Below are positions 1 to 13,165 of a stretch of DNA of 64,000 nucleotides, piece after piece (position 1 is the stretch's first letter; each line of letters begins with the position of its first letter). The notes beneath the pieces are model-generated. The model ran no database searches, was not told the origin of the DNA, and worked only from the letters and a program-made list of their open reading frames with translations. A program made the translations under genes and the position numbers. The DNA is from Antechinus flavipes (Eukaryota), in NCBI RefSeq assembly GCF_016432865.1, contig NC_067401.1:16368001-16432000 (forward strand). Reading direction: 5' to 3'.

Positions 1-3000
1 GCTTGAAGCCCTCCCATGTTGCTTTGTCAGAATGTGGTAGTCTGGAAGAAAAACACTTGTTTGGCAGCCCAACCCTTCCTCTCCGTCTCTCTGTCTCTAT
101 CTGGTTCTGGCTCTCTTTCTGTCAATAAAAATCTTTAATTAAAATCATTGTCAACTCTCAATCAATATTCCATTCATTTTCTTTTTTAAAATTAAATGTT
201 TTATTGAGAACGAAATCCTGAATATCAATACAATTATCCAAATTTGTTTAGTAACTATTTGGTTAAATTAATTTTAATGAATTAAATATCAACTTTTCCC
301 TCCCCCTCCTGCTTCCCCCCCTCCTTTTTTTTTTAACAAGTCACATAGTCAATAAACAACAAAACTAGATTCAAAAACATGTCTTCTGACTTCTCACCAC
401 CAACACCATGCTGCCTATGACTTGTTGCTCCTTCTGAATTGATAATGAGAGAAGACAATTAGCCCACTTCAACCCCTCCCTCTAGAACACTTGGCCCTCT
501 TCAGAATCTGAGCTCCCCTGTTATGTTTGAATAGTCCGGATGTTCCTGAAGCAAATGGGGGGAGAGAGAACAGCTGGTATAACCTAGGTCACCGTTCCAG
601 AGGGAGCCACCTCCAAGATCATCATTTCCCTTCCTCTTTCTTTGGCTCAATCAAGATTGTTCCAGATCCCTTCTGAAATACCATTGGGTCCTTGCCTCTC
701 AGGCTGTGGTAATCCTGATGTTTCCAGTTCCCTCTTCCCTTTCTCCTTCCTCCCACCTCCATTGACAAGGAAAGTGCTTTCCTTTGCTGCCTGTAATAAA
801 GACCTGCTGCTCTTAGCATCACTGCTCTGTTCTGCCTTGTCTGTGGCTGAGTCCCTTCAGGATAGAAAAGGGTTTTTCTGTGACATTTTCCTTGTTCCAA
901 CTGAATAAATTTGGGTCCATATGATCCAACAGCTCTCATTTTACAGAGAAGGAAACAGACCCAGAGCGGCTAAGTGAGGGAGGAATCACGGTGAAGACTA
1001 ATTCCAGAGTCAGAGGCACTGGATTCAGATTCTGCCGCTGATGCTTAAAGCAAGTCACCTCTCTGAGCCTCAGTTTCCCCATTTGTAAAATGAGATGGAG
1101 TTAGACTGTATGACCACCAACGCTCTTTCCAGCTCTAAACCAGCGGTTTTATGATCCTAGGAATCAGATATGAAGCAAACCTCCCCAAAGTAAGGAGTCA
1201 GGCACAAAGGAGCAGAGTTCTGTGGGGGCTGGGACCACTGTGGTGAAAAAAATCTGTGAAAAAGATCACAGAACCATGGATGGTTCAGAGGATTTGATGG
1301 AGAAAGATTCATTTAGGGAAAAGAGCATAACTTCAGGAGAAAAGCATTGTGAAGTAAATATTAAAAAGGAGAAAATAGAAGGAATCAGACTTTGAATTTG
1401 GAGAGACAGAGGTGAGGAGGGCCTGAGAGACAGCCAAGACAAAGATCTGGAGAAGGAAAATGAAATATCGTATGTGAGGAAAAGCTGAATAGATCTCAGA
1501 ACGCATGACTGGAAAAATAAAAAAGGACCAGATTGCAAAAAGCTTTAATTGACAATCAAATCCAACAAATCAACATGCAATTATTAAACACCTACTATGT
1601 GCCAAGCACTGGGCTGAATACTGGGGATTCAAAGCAAGGCAAAACAAATCAATCCCTGCCAACAAAGAGCTCACATTCTAATGGGAAAGGGAGAAGACGA
1701 CGTGCGATTGCAAATAACTATGTGCATGCAATATTTATACAGAGAAGTCTGTGATCCCAGAGTTAATAGGAAGCCACTGGAGTTTATTGACATGGGACTT
1801 GCGTTTGAGGAAAATTCATGGCAAAGACTAGCTATGGGGGCTCAGTGCTGAGGCTGGGGGGAGGGTTTCAGGATCAACATTTAAGTCCCAGATGTATGTG
1901 TGAGAGAGGGGAGGTCAGAAATCAGATTCTCTCCGATTCAGAAACCCCCCACTCTGACCCAGCAGCCCCCATGGCCAGATTAAGTCACTCCACCAGGACA
2001 AAATTCTTTTTTTTTTTTTTTTTTTTGTCTTTTCCAGGTTCTTCCCAGTGCAGGATCTAAGCTGATACTCTTAGTCTCCCTGAGAGGCTGAATGAAAGGT
2101 TGCAGTCTTATCAGCTTTCCTCCTCCCTTGGCTGGGAATGGGAGGAGGCAGGAGGGAGTCCACCTTCTGTCTGACTGTTTTCCCCTTCCCACCCCCACTC
2201 CTAGTCTAACTGCCCCCTCCCCCAACTCCACCCTTCACCTGGGCTCCCTTCCCCTCCCCCCACGCCGGTCCAGGCAGGCTGGGAGAACAAAGGGGTGGCG
2301 GGGGAAGGGCTGCCTGGGCTGCAGCTGCCAGGCCCACCAAGATCGGGCGAGGGAGTGAGCCAAAGGCCGGGCATGCTGGCTGCTGCCGGCTGGCAACATG
2401 AATATTTCATCCTCGGAGAAGCGCTGGGCTCTCAGATCTGATGCCTTCCCCTGGGGTTGGGGGACAACAAAGGAGAGAAGAGAGACAGAAAGATGCAAGG
2501 TGGGGGGGGAGTGTGTGTGTTGCAGGGAGGTTTGCAAGGTTCCTGCCTGTCTGTTCTTTGAAAGGAGCTGCAAAGGATCGGATGGGGTCCTGGCACCTGA
2601 ACCCTGAAAACATGAGCCTGGGATTTCCTTGGAGTTTAGAACAGTTCAGAGGAAAAGCAGAGGCAGAGTAAGCAACCCACCCCCGGAGAGGGAGGGCTAA
2701 GATCTTGGGCCCAGAGGCTCTGGGATACCAAAGGGCAAGTCTGAGACGAGGTCTTGCCATAGCTCCCTTTAACTCCATCAGTCACCTTTCCCGTTGGCCC
2801 TTTCATCTCACTCTCAGCCCTCAATGGCCTCTCCCCCAGAAATTCCCATCTAATCCCACTCCTGCAGTCCATGAAAGCAATCTGTGATGATTTGGACAGC
2901 TCCTAAAAATCCTGCTGCTGCTGCAGGAGCCTGCCCAGATTGATGAGAGGAAAGCCAGCTAATCTATGGTTTACCTTCTATCCTATTCCTCCTGGATACG

Positions 3001-4134
3001 AGCCTCCCATGACTTCTTGTTTTCTTCCCATTTTCTTCCCATCCCAACTTGTGCACAGTAGAGATTCTTTAGGTCAGTGTGTGTCTGAGCATAATCTGTT
3101 AATTCAACCATCTGTCTCTCCTGCATCCACCTATCAGGGTTGCACTTCCTCTGACTAGCTGTCATTGTGACCTTGGACAGGTCCCCATCCCCAGTTTCTT
3201 TTTCTGTTAAGAGAAGAGGCTGGATTAGATGATCTCAAAGGGCCCTTTAGTAGCTCTGGATCTGTGATCCCTCGATGCTTATAACTGAAAAACCTTAATC
3301 TGCTTTCCATATCTATAAAATGAGAGATTGGACTACATGACCCCTAAAATACTTTCCAGGTCCAAAATCCGATAATCTTAAGTGTGTCTATTTCAGACTG
3401 TGAGGATTTCCCCAAGGATGGGGAACAAAGCTGTACAATTCTCTTTGTACAATGCCTTACCCGGCGCCAACTGCAATGTAAAGCCGAGGAAAATTCTCTC
3501 CCCTTGGAGATAATAACAATACTGAAGGGACCAGTGATGGTGGCGAAGGTGGCCAGAGGAGTAGTTTTGTTGATATCAACACTGAGAAGAGTGATGGAGG
3601 GAAGTGCTGGTAGTGATGGAGACGGAGAAAGGAATCACGGGGGTGGAAGATGGAGGTGGAAATGTTGGCAATGATGCTGGGGAAGGACTAGTGGACAAGT
3701 GGAAAGCAGAACACCGAAACTGAGTGGGAGTTCTGAGCTCAACATCCACTGGCTCTTTGACATTACCCTTGTTGAGCCTGTTTTTGTATTTAAAAAATAG
3801 GGATAATAATATCTGCAGATAAATTGATTTTAAAGATTTTTTATATAACCTTCAAGTGCAAACATATCCCCCTTCTCTTAGCCAATGAGCCATCCCTTGT
3901 CAAAAGTATTTTAAGAAAATAATAATTCAGCCAAACCATCAGGCATGTAAATACAATACCTCACACCCATGACCTCCCATTTCTGCAAAGACTAGAGACT
4001 GTTATTTATAATTGAATTTAAGAAACATTTATTAAGTCCCTACTCTGTGTCCTATGGTTGGTCCTGGGCTTGCAAAGAGGGAAACTCTTAGTCCCCTCCC
4101 AGGATGTGGCTGAAAAAAGCATTTTGTAACTTTG

Positions 4135-4388
4135 AGCAGCTAGGTGGCGTTGCAGTGGATGGCATGCAACACCTGGAGTCCGTAGACCTGAGTTCAAATA
4201 CAGCCTCAAGACACTCATTAGCTGGATCACCCTGGGCAAATCACTTCACTCTGTTTGCTACAGTTTTCTCATATGTAAAATGATCTGGAAAAAGGAAATG
4301 TAAAACTACTCCAGTATTTTTGCCAAAAAAATCCCAAATGGGGTCATAAAAAATCAAACATGACTGAAAATGACTGAGAAACAACAAC
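4135..4388 (+). mobile_element. MAR1-like CORE-SINE
   Basis: tRNA-like head, CORE (CAGTTTTCTCATATGTAAAATG) and RTE-like tail (CCAAATGGGGTCA...CATGACTGAA). Confidence 0.8.
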
Positions 4389-4449
4389 AGAAACCTCAGC
4401 ATCCTTAAAATAGGTGTGTGACCTGAATATTAAGACTCACATCATTTTT

Positions 4450-5580
4450 TTAAATTAGAAAAATTAAAAAATTAGAGAAAGAAAAAAATTAGAAAAGCTC
4501 CAAATCATGTACCTTTTCCAAATCATGTATGGCTAGGGGGTGACTTCTTAACCAGACAAGGTCTGGAAGGAGTAAAAGATAAAACATAACTTTGGTTACA
4601 AAAAATTGACAAGTTTTAGCACCAACAAAATTAATGCAACAAGAATACGAAACAATGTGTCAGGGAAAATTGTAGCAAATATTTCCACTAATGGTCTAGT
4701 GTCCAAGATATATAGGTAACTAATTTATGTAAGACCAAAGTCATTCCTTATCAGGTAAGTGGTAAAAAAAAATGAATAAATAGCAAACAAAAAATTACAA
4801 CATATCAACAGTCACATGAAACATTGTTTCTAACACTCATAACAAAAGAAATAACAGTAACAACAATTTTGAGGTTTTATCCCACTTCCAGAAAGTTGGC
4901 AAGAATAACTAAAGATAGGAATAGTCAATGTTGGAAGGTCTTTGGAAAGACACCACACTGATGCACTATTGGTAGAGCTGCTCACAGTCTAAACATTCTG
5001 AAAAAAGATTTTAAAATAGACTTTAAAAGTGCCCAGAGATCCTACCATCAAGTATGGACTCCCAAGGAGGTCAATTATTTTTTTTAATGTCCCTATATGC
5101 ACCAAACTATTTATAGCAGCACTTTTTGCAATAGCAAAGTAATAACTTATCTATTGGGCAATGTTTAAATGAGTTGTACATGAATATAAAGCAATATTGC
5201 TACATAAGTAAAATATGATGAATGCAGATAAGTAGGAGATGATATATGAACTGAGGCAAAGCAAAGTAAGAACCAGGAAAATAATATACATAAGCATGTA
5301 AATAAACCAACAAAACAATCACAGCTGATTATTGTGAAATTATAATGAATCTCAATAAGAGATATATGAAGATACCTTCCCTCCTTCTTTGAAGAAATAG
5401 GAAATTCTGGGTATGGATCATTGCACATAATGTCAAACTTTTTTAAGGTATTAGATTTGCTGAATTCTTTTTTTCTTATTTGTTTTAAGGAATGACTTTC
5501 AGGAGAGAAGGGGAGAAGGATATACTTTGGGATTTTCAGCTGAAATAAAAACAGAACCTATTAAATACAATTTTTATTTT
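4450..5580 (+). mobile_element. Old degenerate L1 ORF2 3' region
   Basis: A-rich; CAATGTTGGAAGG, TTTATAGCAGCACTTTTTGCAATAGCAAAG and similar L1 ORF2-end motifs; boundaries approximate. Confidence 0.7.
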
Positions 5581-5929
5581 TATAAAATGCTATGGGGTTA
5601 GAAGCAACTTTCAAGATGGTATCAGTCAATCTGTACTTTAACAAAACCCTTCTCTTGAGACCCCACAAGTGTCCCTCCAGCACCTTCTGAAATGGCACTC
5701 TGCACTCTGAGCTTTAGTTATTAGAAAGTGTTCCCTTATGCCAAGACCAAATGTGCTTCTCTTTAACTTCTGTCATTGATTCTAGTTCAGTCCAAATAGA
5801 ATCTAATCCTCCTCCCATATGATGGTCTTCAAATACTTGAAGACAGTAATCATGAGCCCCACTACCCCTTCAAATCTCTTCTCCAGATCAAACATCTCAG
5901 ATTCCTTGAGCTACTACTATTTTCAGTTC

Positions 5930-6620
5930 CATTTTTTCTGAGCTCCAAATCTGCACCTTTGAGTACTCATATGACTTCTCCACTTGGCTGTCCTACCACC
6001 ACTTACAACTCAATATCCCAAACTGAGCCTAATATCTTTCCCCTTAACTTTATCCTTCTGGTTTCACTGTTTCTGCCAGTGGTTCCGATATTTACCAAGT
6101 CTTCCATATATCCAACATTGGTTTGATCTTTCCCCATCCAACACTTCTTAAATCCAATCAGTTATAATACTTTGTCAAATTTCTTGCCATGACGTCTCTA
6201 ACACTGTTTTTTTTTCCTTTCTATTCCTGCTTCCATCTTGTTAGTTCTTATTACCAGATATCTGAATATGGTGATAGTCTCCTGAAACACTTGCTTGATC
6301 TCTACTCTTTCTTTCTAGTCCATCCTTCATATGACTGCCACTTTAATCTTACTTAAATATATCATTCTTCTACTTAAAATTCTCTTTATGATATTCATTG
6401 CATGTATTCTTATTTGTTCACTTTATAGTTATGATGCATGCATTCATTCATAATACATATATACATATACACATATATACATGTATATATGTTGCCTCTT
6501 CATTATAATATACACTCCTTGCCAGTAAGAATTGTTTCATTCTTTTTATTTGTAGCCCCATTGCCTAGCAAAGTCCCTGGCATATATTAGGTGTCTAATA
6601 AATGCTTGTTGATTGATTGA
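5930..6620 (+). mobile_element. L2 LINE 3' remnants
   Basis: CTCCACTTGGCTGTCC...ACAACTCAATATCCCAAACTGA; ends CCTGGCATATATTAGGTGTCTAATAAATGCTTGTTGATTGATTGA. Confidence 0.7.
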
Positions 6621-7873
6621 GTCAAACTTCTCCACAATCTAGTCTCATCCTCCCTTTCTAGCATTTTTCCTATTCACATGTTCCAACTAAATGGAACTAT
6701 TCTCCCTCCCTTAAACTTGCCTTGTATTTTCCCATGTTTGTGTTTTTGTTCACTTTGTTCCCTGGAATGTCTTCAGTTCACCCTTTTGCCTATTGGATTT
6801 CTACTCAACCTAAGAAGTCCAACTCAAATGTCACATCCTTTATGAAACCTTTTGTGATTCCTCCCTCTTCCTCAAAAAGTAATTATTGTCCCCCTTGACC
6901 TTCCTACAACATTTTGGCCTATATTCACACTTGTCAGGAAGAGCTGTATATTATAGTTTTCGTTCCATCCTCCAATGGATTATGAACTCTGGGAACATGT
7001 GCCTATTTTATCGAAAATGTGTTCTCCCCCAGTGGCTCTGCACATAGTAGATGCTTAATGAATATTTGTTACACAGGGAACAGTGAGATTTGGATTGCTG
7101 AAGAAAGTAGGACAAAGGATGCCAGTTTCCCTAGTTCCAGCCAGTTCCTTTCAAGTCTTGCTCCTGACATAATTTTCATTGACCAGAGACCACAATGTTT
7201 GAAAGTCAATTCCTCACCACTGTCCAATCCAGCTCCTTCACTGTTTGCTAAGTAGAATTCCCCAAATGATTTTCAGGACCCAGGCTAGCAACCAAGAATA
7301 GTAATTAAAAGGAAGAGTTTATACTGTACAGAGGAGTTTAGTTAAAAAACAGACTTAAATTTCAACAGGACTCTCTGGTTAGCAAGTTAGATGGAGCTTG
7401 TTGGAGTGTGGCCTGAAATCATAAAAGCTAAATCGTACCAGGAACGATGACCTAAAAGAGCTGATAAACTCCATCTTCTTATGGGAGGAAGAAGCCACAT
7501 AGCAGATGAAGAGTGGAAGATGATAATAATAGAGAATGAGAGCAATTCAGCAGAGGTGCTGATAATAACTCAGTGGAGAAAAGATCTCACCAGAGGATTC
7601 CACTAGCTCCTTTATGGATCAAGCAGTAGTGCCAGAGGCAAAGTTGATCTTGAGTGGGTATTCTTCCTTGGAAATGGGAATTCTCTGACTTTATGGAACT
7701 TTCAGCTATATGTTCCCTAGAAACCTATATCTCTTCTCTCACTATTGATGTGTTAACCTATAAAAGAGTGTATTTTGTTTATGTATGGGGAGATCTTTTT
7801 TGCTGCTTTTTTGGTGGCTATATTGCTTAATTAAATGTCTTTTGTTTTAAACTAATGTGTCCTCTGACTAGCT

Positions 7874-7894
7874 AGATGTTTCTAATTGAGGCAT
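7874..7894 (-). pseudogene. NUMT: ATP8-like 5' end joined to the ND5 fragment
   Basis: ATG CCT CAA TTA GAA ACA TCT = MPQLETS versus the mammalian ATP8 start MPQLDTS; only 21 bp. Confidence 0.55.
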
Positions 7895-7904
7895 GGCTTT
7901 GAGG

Positions 7905-8006
7905 AGGTAGTCATGGGTTCAGGCCGAATTGAGCTGACTTTCCAGTTGCGGCAATGATAAGTCCTAGTAGTGCCAGGATATCGACGTTTGTTATGAACAT
8001 GTGTTC
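7905..8006 (-). pseudogene. NUMT: fragment of mitochondrial ND5
   Basis: In vertebrate mitochondrial code it reads [34 protein letters not shown] (TGA=Trp, ATA=Met), matching the conserved ND5 motif [22 protein letters not shown]. Confidence 0.88.
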
Positions 8007-10341
8007 TTTTTTTAAAAGCCCACATCAATGGGGGCTTATGACTTTTGGTTTGGGGCAGAAGAGCTTTACAATGTGCCTAAATGTGGAGTATCTTCCAGAG
8101 GACCCATCCACAATTATGGAGATCCCCAAAGTGCTGCATTTGTTGAAGCTCTTGTATTGCAAGGATCAACTGGAAATCTTTTATTTTAATGGTTTATCCT
8201 TGTCTGATTGGACAGTGGAACTTTTGGTATGTTTTTTACAGATTCAATCAGTTGCTTTGAAATAGTTTATGAAATTCCTGCCGATCAAGGTCAAACAACA
8301 TTATTGTTTATTGGTATTATGGCTGTGTTGCGACAACTAGCACTATGGATGTTCAGCCATTGGGAAATTGGTATGTACCGGAATAGGAGTGGACCTCATT
8401 GAAGATCTGGAAGTATTTAATGATGATTTGGATTAAGAGTTTGAAAATATTTTGGTAATACCGAGGATAAATGGGGAGGAAATATTTGGCACTGTTTGTG
8501 GCAAAACTTGATCTGTATTATACAAATACAGAGATATGTGCCAGTATCTGTAAAGAGATAAGTGTGGTTGTTGATGGCTGGAAACCAGTTAGTAAATCCG
8601 CTACGGTGGATTAGGACATAGTAAGAAGGTTCAAGGCATTTGTAAGAAAGAAGCATGGACTAAACATAAATTGAGAATCGTGGTAGGGCAGATGGCACAT
8701 AACAGTTCAGATTCTTGTAGTGAGTGTTAGGGATGGAGAAAAGATCATCGGCTTAAAAATATAAGAGACTTGTACAAACTGTGTGGTCTTAGACAAAGCT
8801 TGTGACCCCCGGGGTCTCAGTTTCCTCATCAAATGAAAGTCTTATTCTCTGAAGTCCCTTTCAGCTCTAGGTCTGTGTTCCTAGGATTCAAATACATAAA
8901 AATATGGTCATCTTTAAGGAAAAATTGCTGCCCACCAAATGAAAAACTTTTTGAATCCTGGTTAGTTTGCAATCTTAGACTATTTATGTCAATGGCAGGA
9001 AATCGATGCAGAGAAATGGAGGAGCCAAAGGAAAGCCTCAGGGAACCCACTTTTGATCTCATAAGCTCCATGAAATTGCCATGGCCCAAGGTCATGGTGC
9101 TGAAGTTCTTGGGAAGCCTGGGGGTATGGATGCAGGAGAAATCCTGGTCCAATTTTTCCATACTTTTCAACTGGAGAGAGTGAATCCTCTGACTGGCTTA
9201 GGGATGCAAAGGCTAGTCCAGAGACTGGTAGTCAAAGGACTTATTGATACAAAATCAATGAGTGGTCTCAGACAGGCTCACGTAACTGGTAGGCTGGTGT
9301 ATATTGGAGATGGATTAGGGACATCTATAGCTCCTTGATCAGCAACGACGATTCTCTGAGTATGTGGAAAGAAAAGATATTTAAGGCAAAAATGAAAGTC
9401 AGAGAGAGGTTGGAAATGAACAAAGCCTGCCCCAACTTGGTCTCATGCAGAGACCACTGAGATCAAAAGAAAGTCTTCCATAGACCACCTCGCCCTCCAC
9501 ATAGAAGCCTAAGGCAAATCTGTGGGAGTATGGGAACAGTGAGCAGCCGTGATTCTTCCAGGGCAACAAAGAATATGTGGGGGGAGGGGTGTCTGTATGA
9601 GAGGGGATGGAATCAGAGATCAATATTGATTGCTTAGTTCTCATGGGCTCAGCAGTTTGTCTTTTCTATTGGGAAGAGGAGGGCCATTCCTTCAACCCAG
9701 TCTCAAAGTTACGAGAAGTCATTTGGAGGGTTGAAGGAAGAGAGGGGCTTAGAGTAGAGCCACTTCCTTTTTAAATGTCTCCTGAGGGCTGGCTCTTCCT
9801 TTTCAATGGTTATTATGGAAATACGTTGTCAAGGGGCAAGAGGGCTGAGTCACACATGAAATAGCCAATGTATCTGTCATTTGCAAAGCATCAGGGTACT
9901 CCTCAGTGAGGAGTGAGGGTGTCTCTAGCATGGGAGCAGTTTGTTCAGATATATGGAGGCAAGGGAGGCCAGAAAGAGATGGGGGGAAATGTTGGATAAA
10001 AGTAGAAGCAAAGTGAAAGAAGGCAGGAAACATTTTCTATTCAAAATATTTTCTCTTAGAAATTGGAAGAAATCTAGTGTTGACCTGCTCCTAAAGATGG
10101 CAAGTTTGGTCATCAGGATAGAGAATAATATGTGCATTAAGGTTCAATATTACCTATCATCAAGTAAAATCCAATTTAATGATTACTTCTTCCTCATAAT
10201 TAAGCATCCACTAAGGGACTAAAATTGTAAGGCTTTAGGAGATTAAATGAAAGAGGGACTATCGTATGCTGAAGTCCTCAAAGCAGCTCCTTGGAATAGA
10301 TGAGACAACAGCTGGAGTTAGTTAGGGGTTAGGGTTTGGGA

Positions 10342-10672
10342 GAGCAAAAAAAAAGAAAGAAAAGAAAAACAGGGATAGACAGAGACAGAGAAAAGAGATA
10401 CAGAAACAGAGGGATGTGGAGAGACCAGGAGAGCTAGATAGGCATATTAATAGAAACAAACAAAGAGATAGAAAAAGGGAGATAAACAGGGAGGAAGAAG
10501 GAGACAGAAGCAGAGGAAGATAAAAACAGAGAGAAGAGATACAGAAACAACAGAAAGATGCAGAGAGACTAGGGGAGGGAGAGGGAAACAGAAAGAGAGA
10601 GACAGAGAAACAGAGACAGAGAGAAACAGAGAAACAGAGAGACAAAGAAAGAGAGACAGAGAGAGAGAAAAG
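10342..10672 (+). repeat. Purine-rich low-complexity tract (GA/AGAC)
   Basis: Direct reading. Confidence 0.9.
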
Positions 10673-10929
10673 GTAAAATATATAGGATCAAAGGATTTGG
10701 AGGTTAAAAGTTTAGACTTTTTTTAAAATCATTTTTAAAGAGAGCCTAGATCACTATGGTTATTTAACTTACCTCATATCATTCAGGGAATAAGTTAGTT
10801 GGAACCTAGGTTTCCCAACTTCAGATTCAGCATTTTCTCCACCTGGTTGACATCAGGAATAACAATGCTCTCCTCTGAGCTCTAGCTAGGCATCTCCAGC
10901 TGCCTGGATAGAGGATCCTTTTGCTAGAT

Positions 10930-11135
10930 TCTGGGTTCTTGAGCTGAGTCTGTGGAAATTTGTGAGAAATCTAGGAATCTAAATGGGTAAAAAATCATAT
11001 GTTTGTTTTCACTCATCTCTAATTGCAATTCAATGTTGCTTTCAATTATGAATTTTAAAAAATTATTCTGAGGAATTTGTAGGTTTCACCAGACCACCAA
11101 AGGAGTTCATAATTCCAAAGGGTTAAAACCTTGGT
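10930..11135. mobile_element. Possible old hAT/Charlie-type non-autonomous DNA transposon
   Basis: Degenerate termini GGGTTCTTGAGC ... GGTTAAAACCTTG, internal GGTTTCACCAGACCACCAAAGG, CTAGA/TCTAG flanks; family assignment from memory. Confidence 0.45.
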
Positions 11136-11533
11136 CTAGAGCCAGCATCAGAGGTTATCTCTCTTAATATTTATGAGTAAGGAAACTGAGGCCTTGGGAA
11201 ATAAACCAGCTTCTTCAAGTGTCTTTGGCAGGATTCAAATCCAGGACCTCTGACTCCAAAGCCGATGCTGACTTTGCTTCATCTCCACCTGCTTGACCTA
11301 CTGTTGTGGGAAACATGACATCTTCACCCTTTTTCATCTTCTCTCTACCATTACTATTTCCTCTCCTACCCGTTTATTTCCATCCTTTTCTGTCTTTCTC
11401 CATCTCTCTCTCATCTTTCTCTTTTTTCTCCCTTCTTGAACCTAGCCCAGTATTATGTTCATTGACGATACTCAATTTATGCCTATGACTGACTCTCTGA
11501 GGGTCTTTCTATGCATTTTCCTGCATGCTCGGG

Positions 11534-11556
11534 CACACACACACACACACACACAC
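11534..11556 (+). repeat. (CA)n microsatellite
   Basis: Direct reading. Confidence 0.95.
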
Positions 11557-11824
11557 TCCCTAATGAGATTCTCCTCTTTATTTCACTTCTTTCCCTCTCT
11601 CCCAACCCCTCCCCCTCCATCTACACCACCCGACACCATACAACTGTTTCTATAGAGGCTGGGAAATTGTCCCTCGTGACAGATCGACCTTGAAACAGCT
11701 GTTTAATAAAATATGAGATCAGGAGGAGACAGCCGGCAACCAGTCCTCCCTCTCCTTCCCTGCCTTTTCTTCCTCTCGCTTCCCCAACCAGAACAGGAAG
11801 CCACCGGCCCCAGAGACAGTGTCG

Positions 11825-12060
11825 TCGTTGTTGCCGTTGTTCAATCATTTAGTTGTGTCCAATTCTTTATGACTCCATGTGAGATTTTCTTGGCAGAGAT
11901 ACTACAGGGATTTACCATTCCCTTCTCCAATGGATTAAGGCAAACGGAGGCTAAGTAACTTGCCCAGGATCACAAGTTAGTAAGTGCCTGAGGCCAGATT
12001 TGTAATAGGGTCCTCTTGACTCAAGGTCCAGTACTCTAACCACTGAGTTACCTATCTTCC
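11825..12060 (-). mobile_element. MAR1-like CORE-SINE
   Basis: GTTGTTCAATCATTTAGTTGTGTCCAATTCTTTATGACTCCAT reversed tail followed by the reversed SINE body. Confidence 0.75.
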
Positions 12061-12496
12061 CAGAGGTAGTAAGAGCTTCATAAATACAGGCTTCCCCAAA
12101 ACTCCTAGACAAAAATTTGATATCAGGGAACTTATCTCAAAATGTCTCCCATAGTAATGCTGGAAGCTTTGCCAATAGCAACTCATTTCTTGGGACTCAG
12201 GATTTTTTTAGATTAAATCCTCTTTGAGTAGAGGATAATATGAGGTACAGGGAGACAGAAAGTGTGACACAATCAGCCCCTAACCCTACATTAGAATTTG
12301 AGATTCAGAGTTGGAGGGTATATCAGACACTAACTAGTCAATTCTTCTCATCTTACAGATGAGAAGACTGAGACATATAGAGGTAAAAAGATTTGTCAGA
12401 AGATAATTTGAACCCAGTTCTCCTGACTCCAGGGCCACCAATAAGAAAAATGAAGCCCAAAGAAGGGAAAGCCTATATTATAGTATCTTTCCATTA

Positions 12497-12685
12497 GGAA
12501 GAAAAAGTGGAAGAAGAAGAAGATGAGAGGAGGAGGAGGAGGAGTAAAGAAGGAAAAGGTGGATGAGGAAGAAGAGGAGAAGGAGGAGGAGAAAAAAAGG
12601 AGAAGGAATGGATAGAGAAAGAGAAGAAGAAGGAGGTAGAGGAGGAAGAGGAAAAGGAGAAGAAAAAGGAGGAGGAGGAGGAAAG
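12497..12685 (+). repeat. Purine-rich (GAG/GAA) low-complexity tract
   Basis: Direct reading. Confidence 0.9.
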
Positions 12686-12948
12686 GCTAAAATAACATGT
12701 TTGTAGTCCTTCCCCAAACAGCCTGGTGTCCATAAACTCAGACCATAAACAGAAACCTTTCTTCTGCACCTTTCTGGTAACTTTTCAGCAAGAATAAGTT
12801 TATTAGACAACAGTGGAGAGAACACTGAAATTGGGATTAGGAACCTCCTTTTTGAGTTCAGGATCTTCTACTTACTTGCTATGTAACTTTCAGCAAGTCC
12901 TTGGTGAGTTCTTTATATATCCTATTAAAGAAAGAATGGCCTAAGATA

Positions 12949-13165
12949 GGGGCAGCTGGATAGCACAGTGGATAGAGTGCTGGGCCTAGAGTTACCAAGA
13001 CTCATCTTCCTGAGTTCAAATCTGAACTCAGACACTTCCTAGTTGGGTGATCCTGGACAAGTCACTGGACTCTGTTTACCTCAGTTTCCTCATCTGAAAA
13101 ATGAGCCAGCAAAGAAAATGGCAAATTACACCAGGAGCTTTGCCAGAAAAACCCTAAATGGGGTA
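12949..13165 (+). mobile_element. MAR1-like CORE-SINE
   Basis: GGGGCAGCTGGATAGCACAGTGGATAGAG head, CCTCAGTTTCCTCATCTG core, CCCTAAATGGGGT tail. Confidence 0.8.

Noticed and set aside
9000-9520. Possible old LINE or ERV coding remnant (ORF 9081-9338)
   Set aside because: Only vague resemblance to CR1/L3 reverse transcriptase; family could not be assigned by eye
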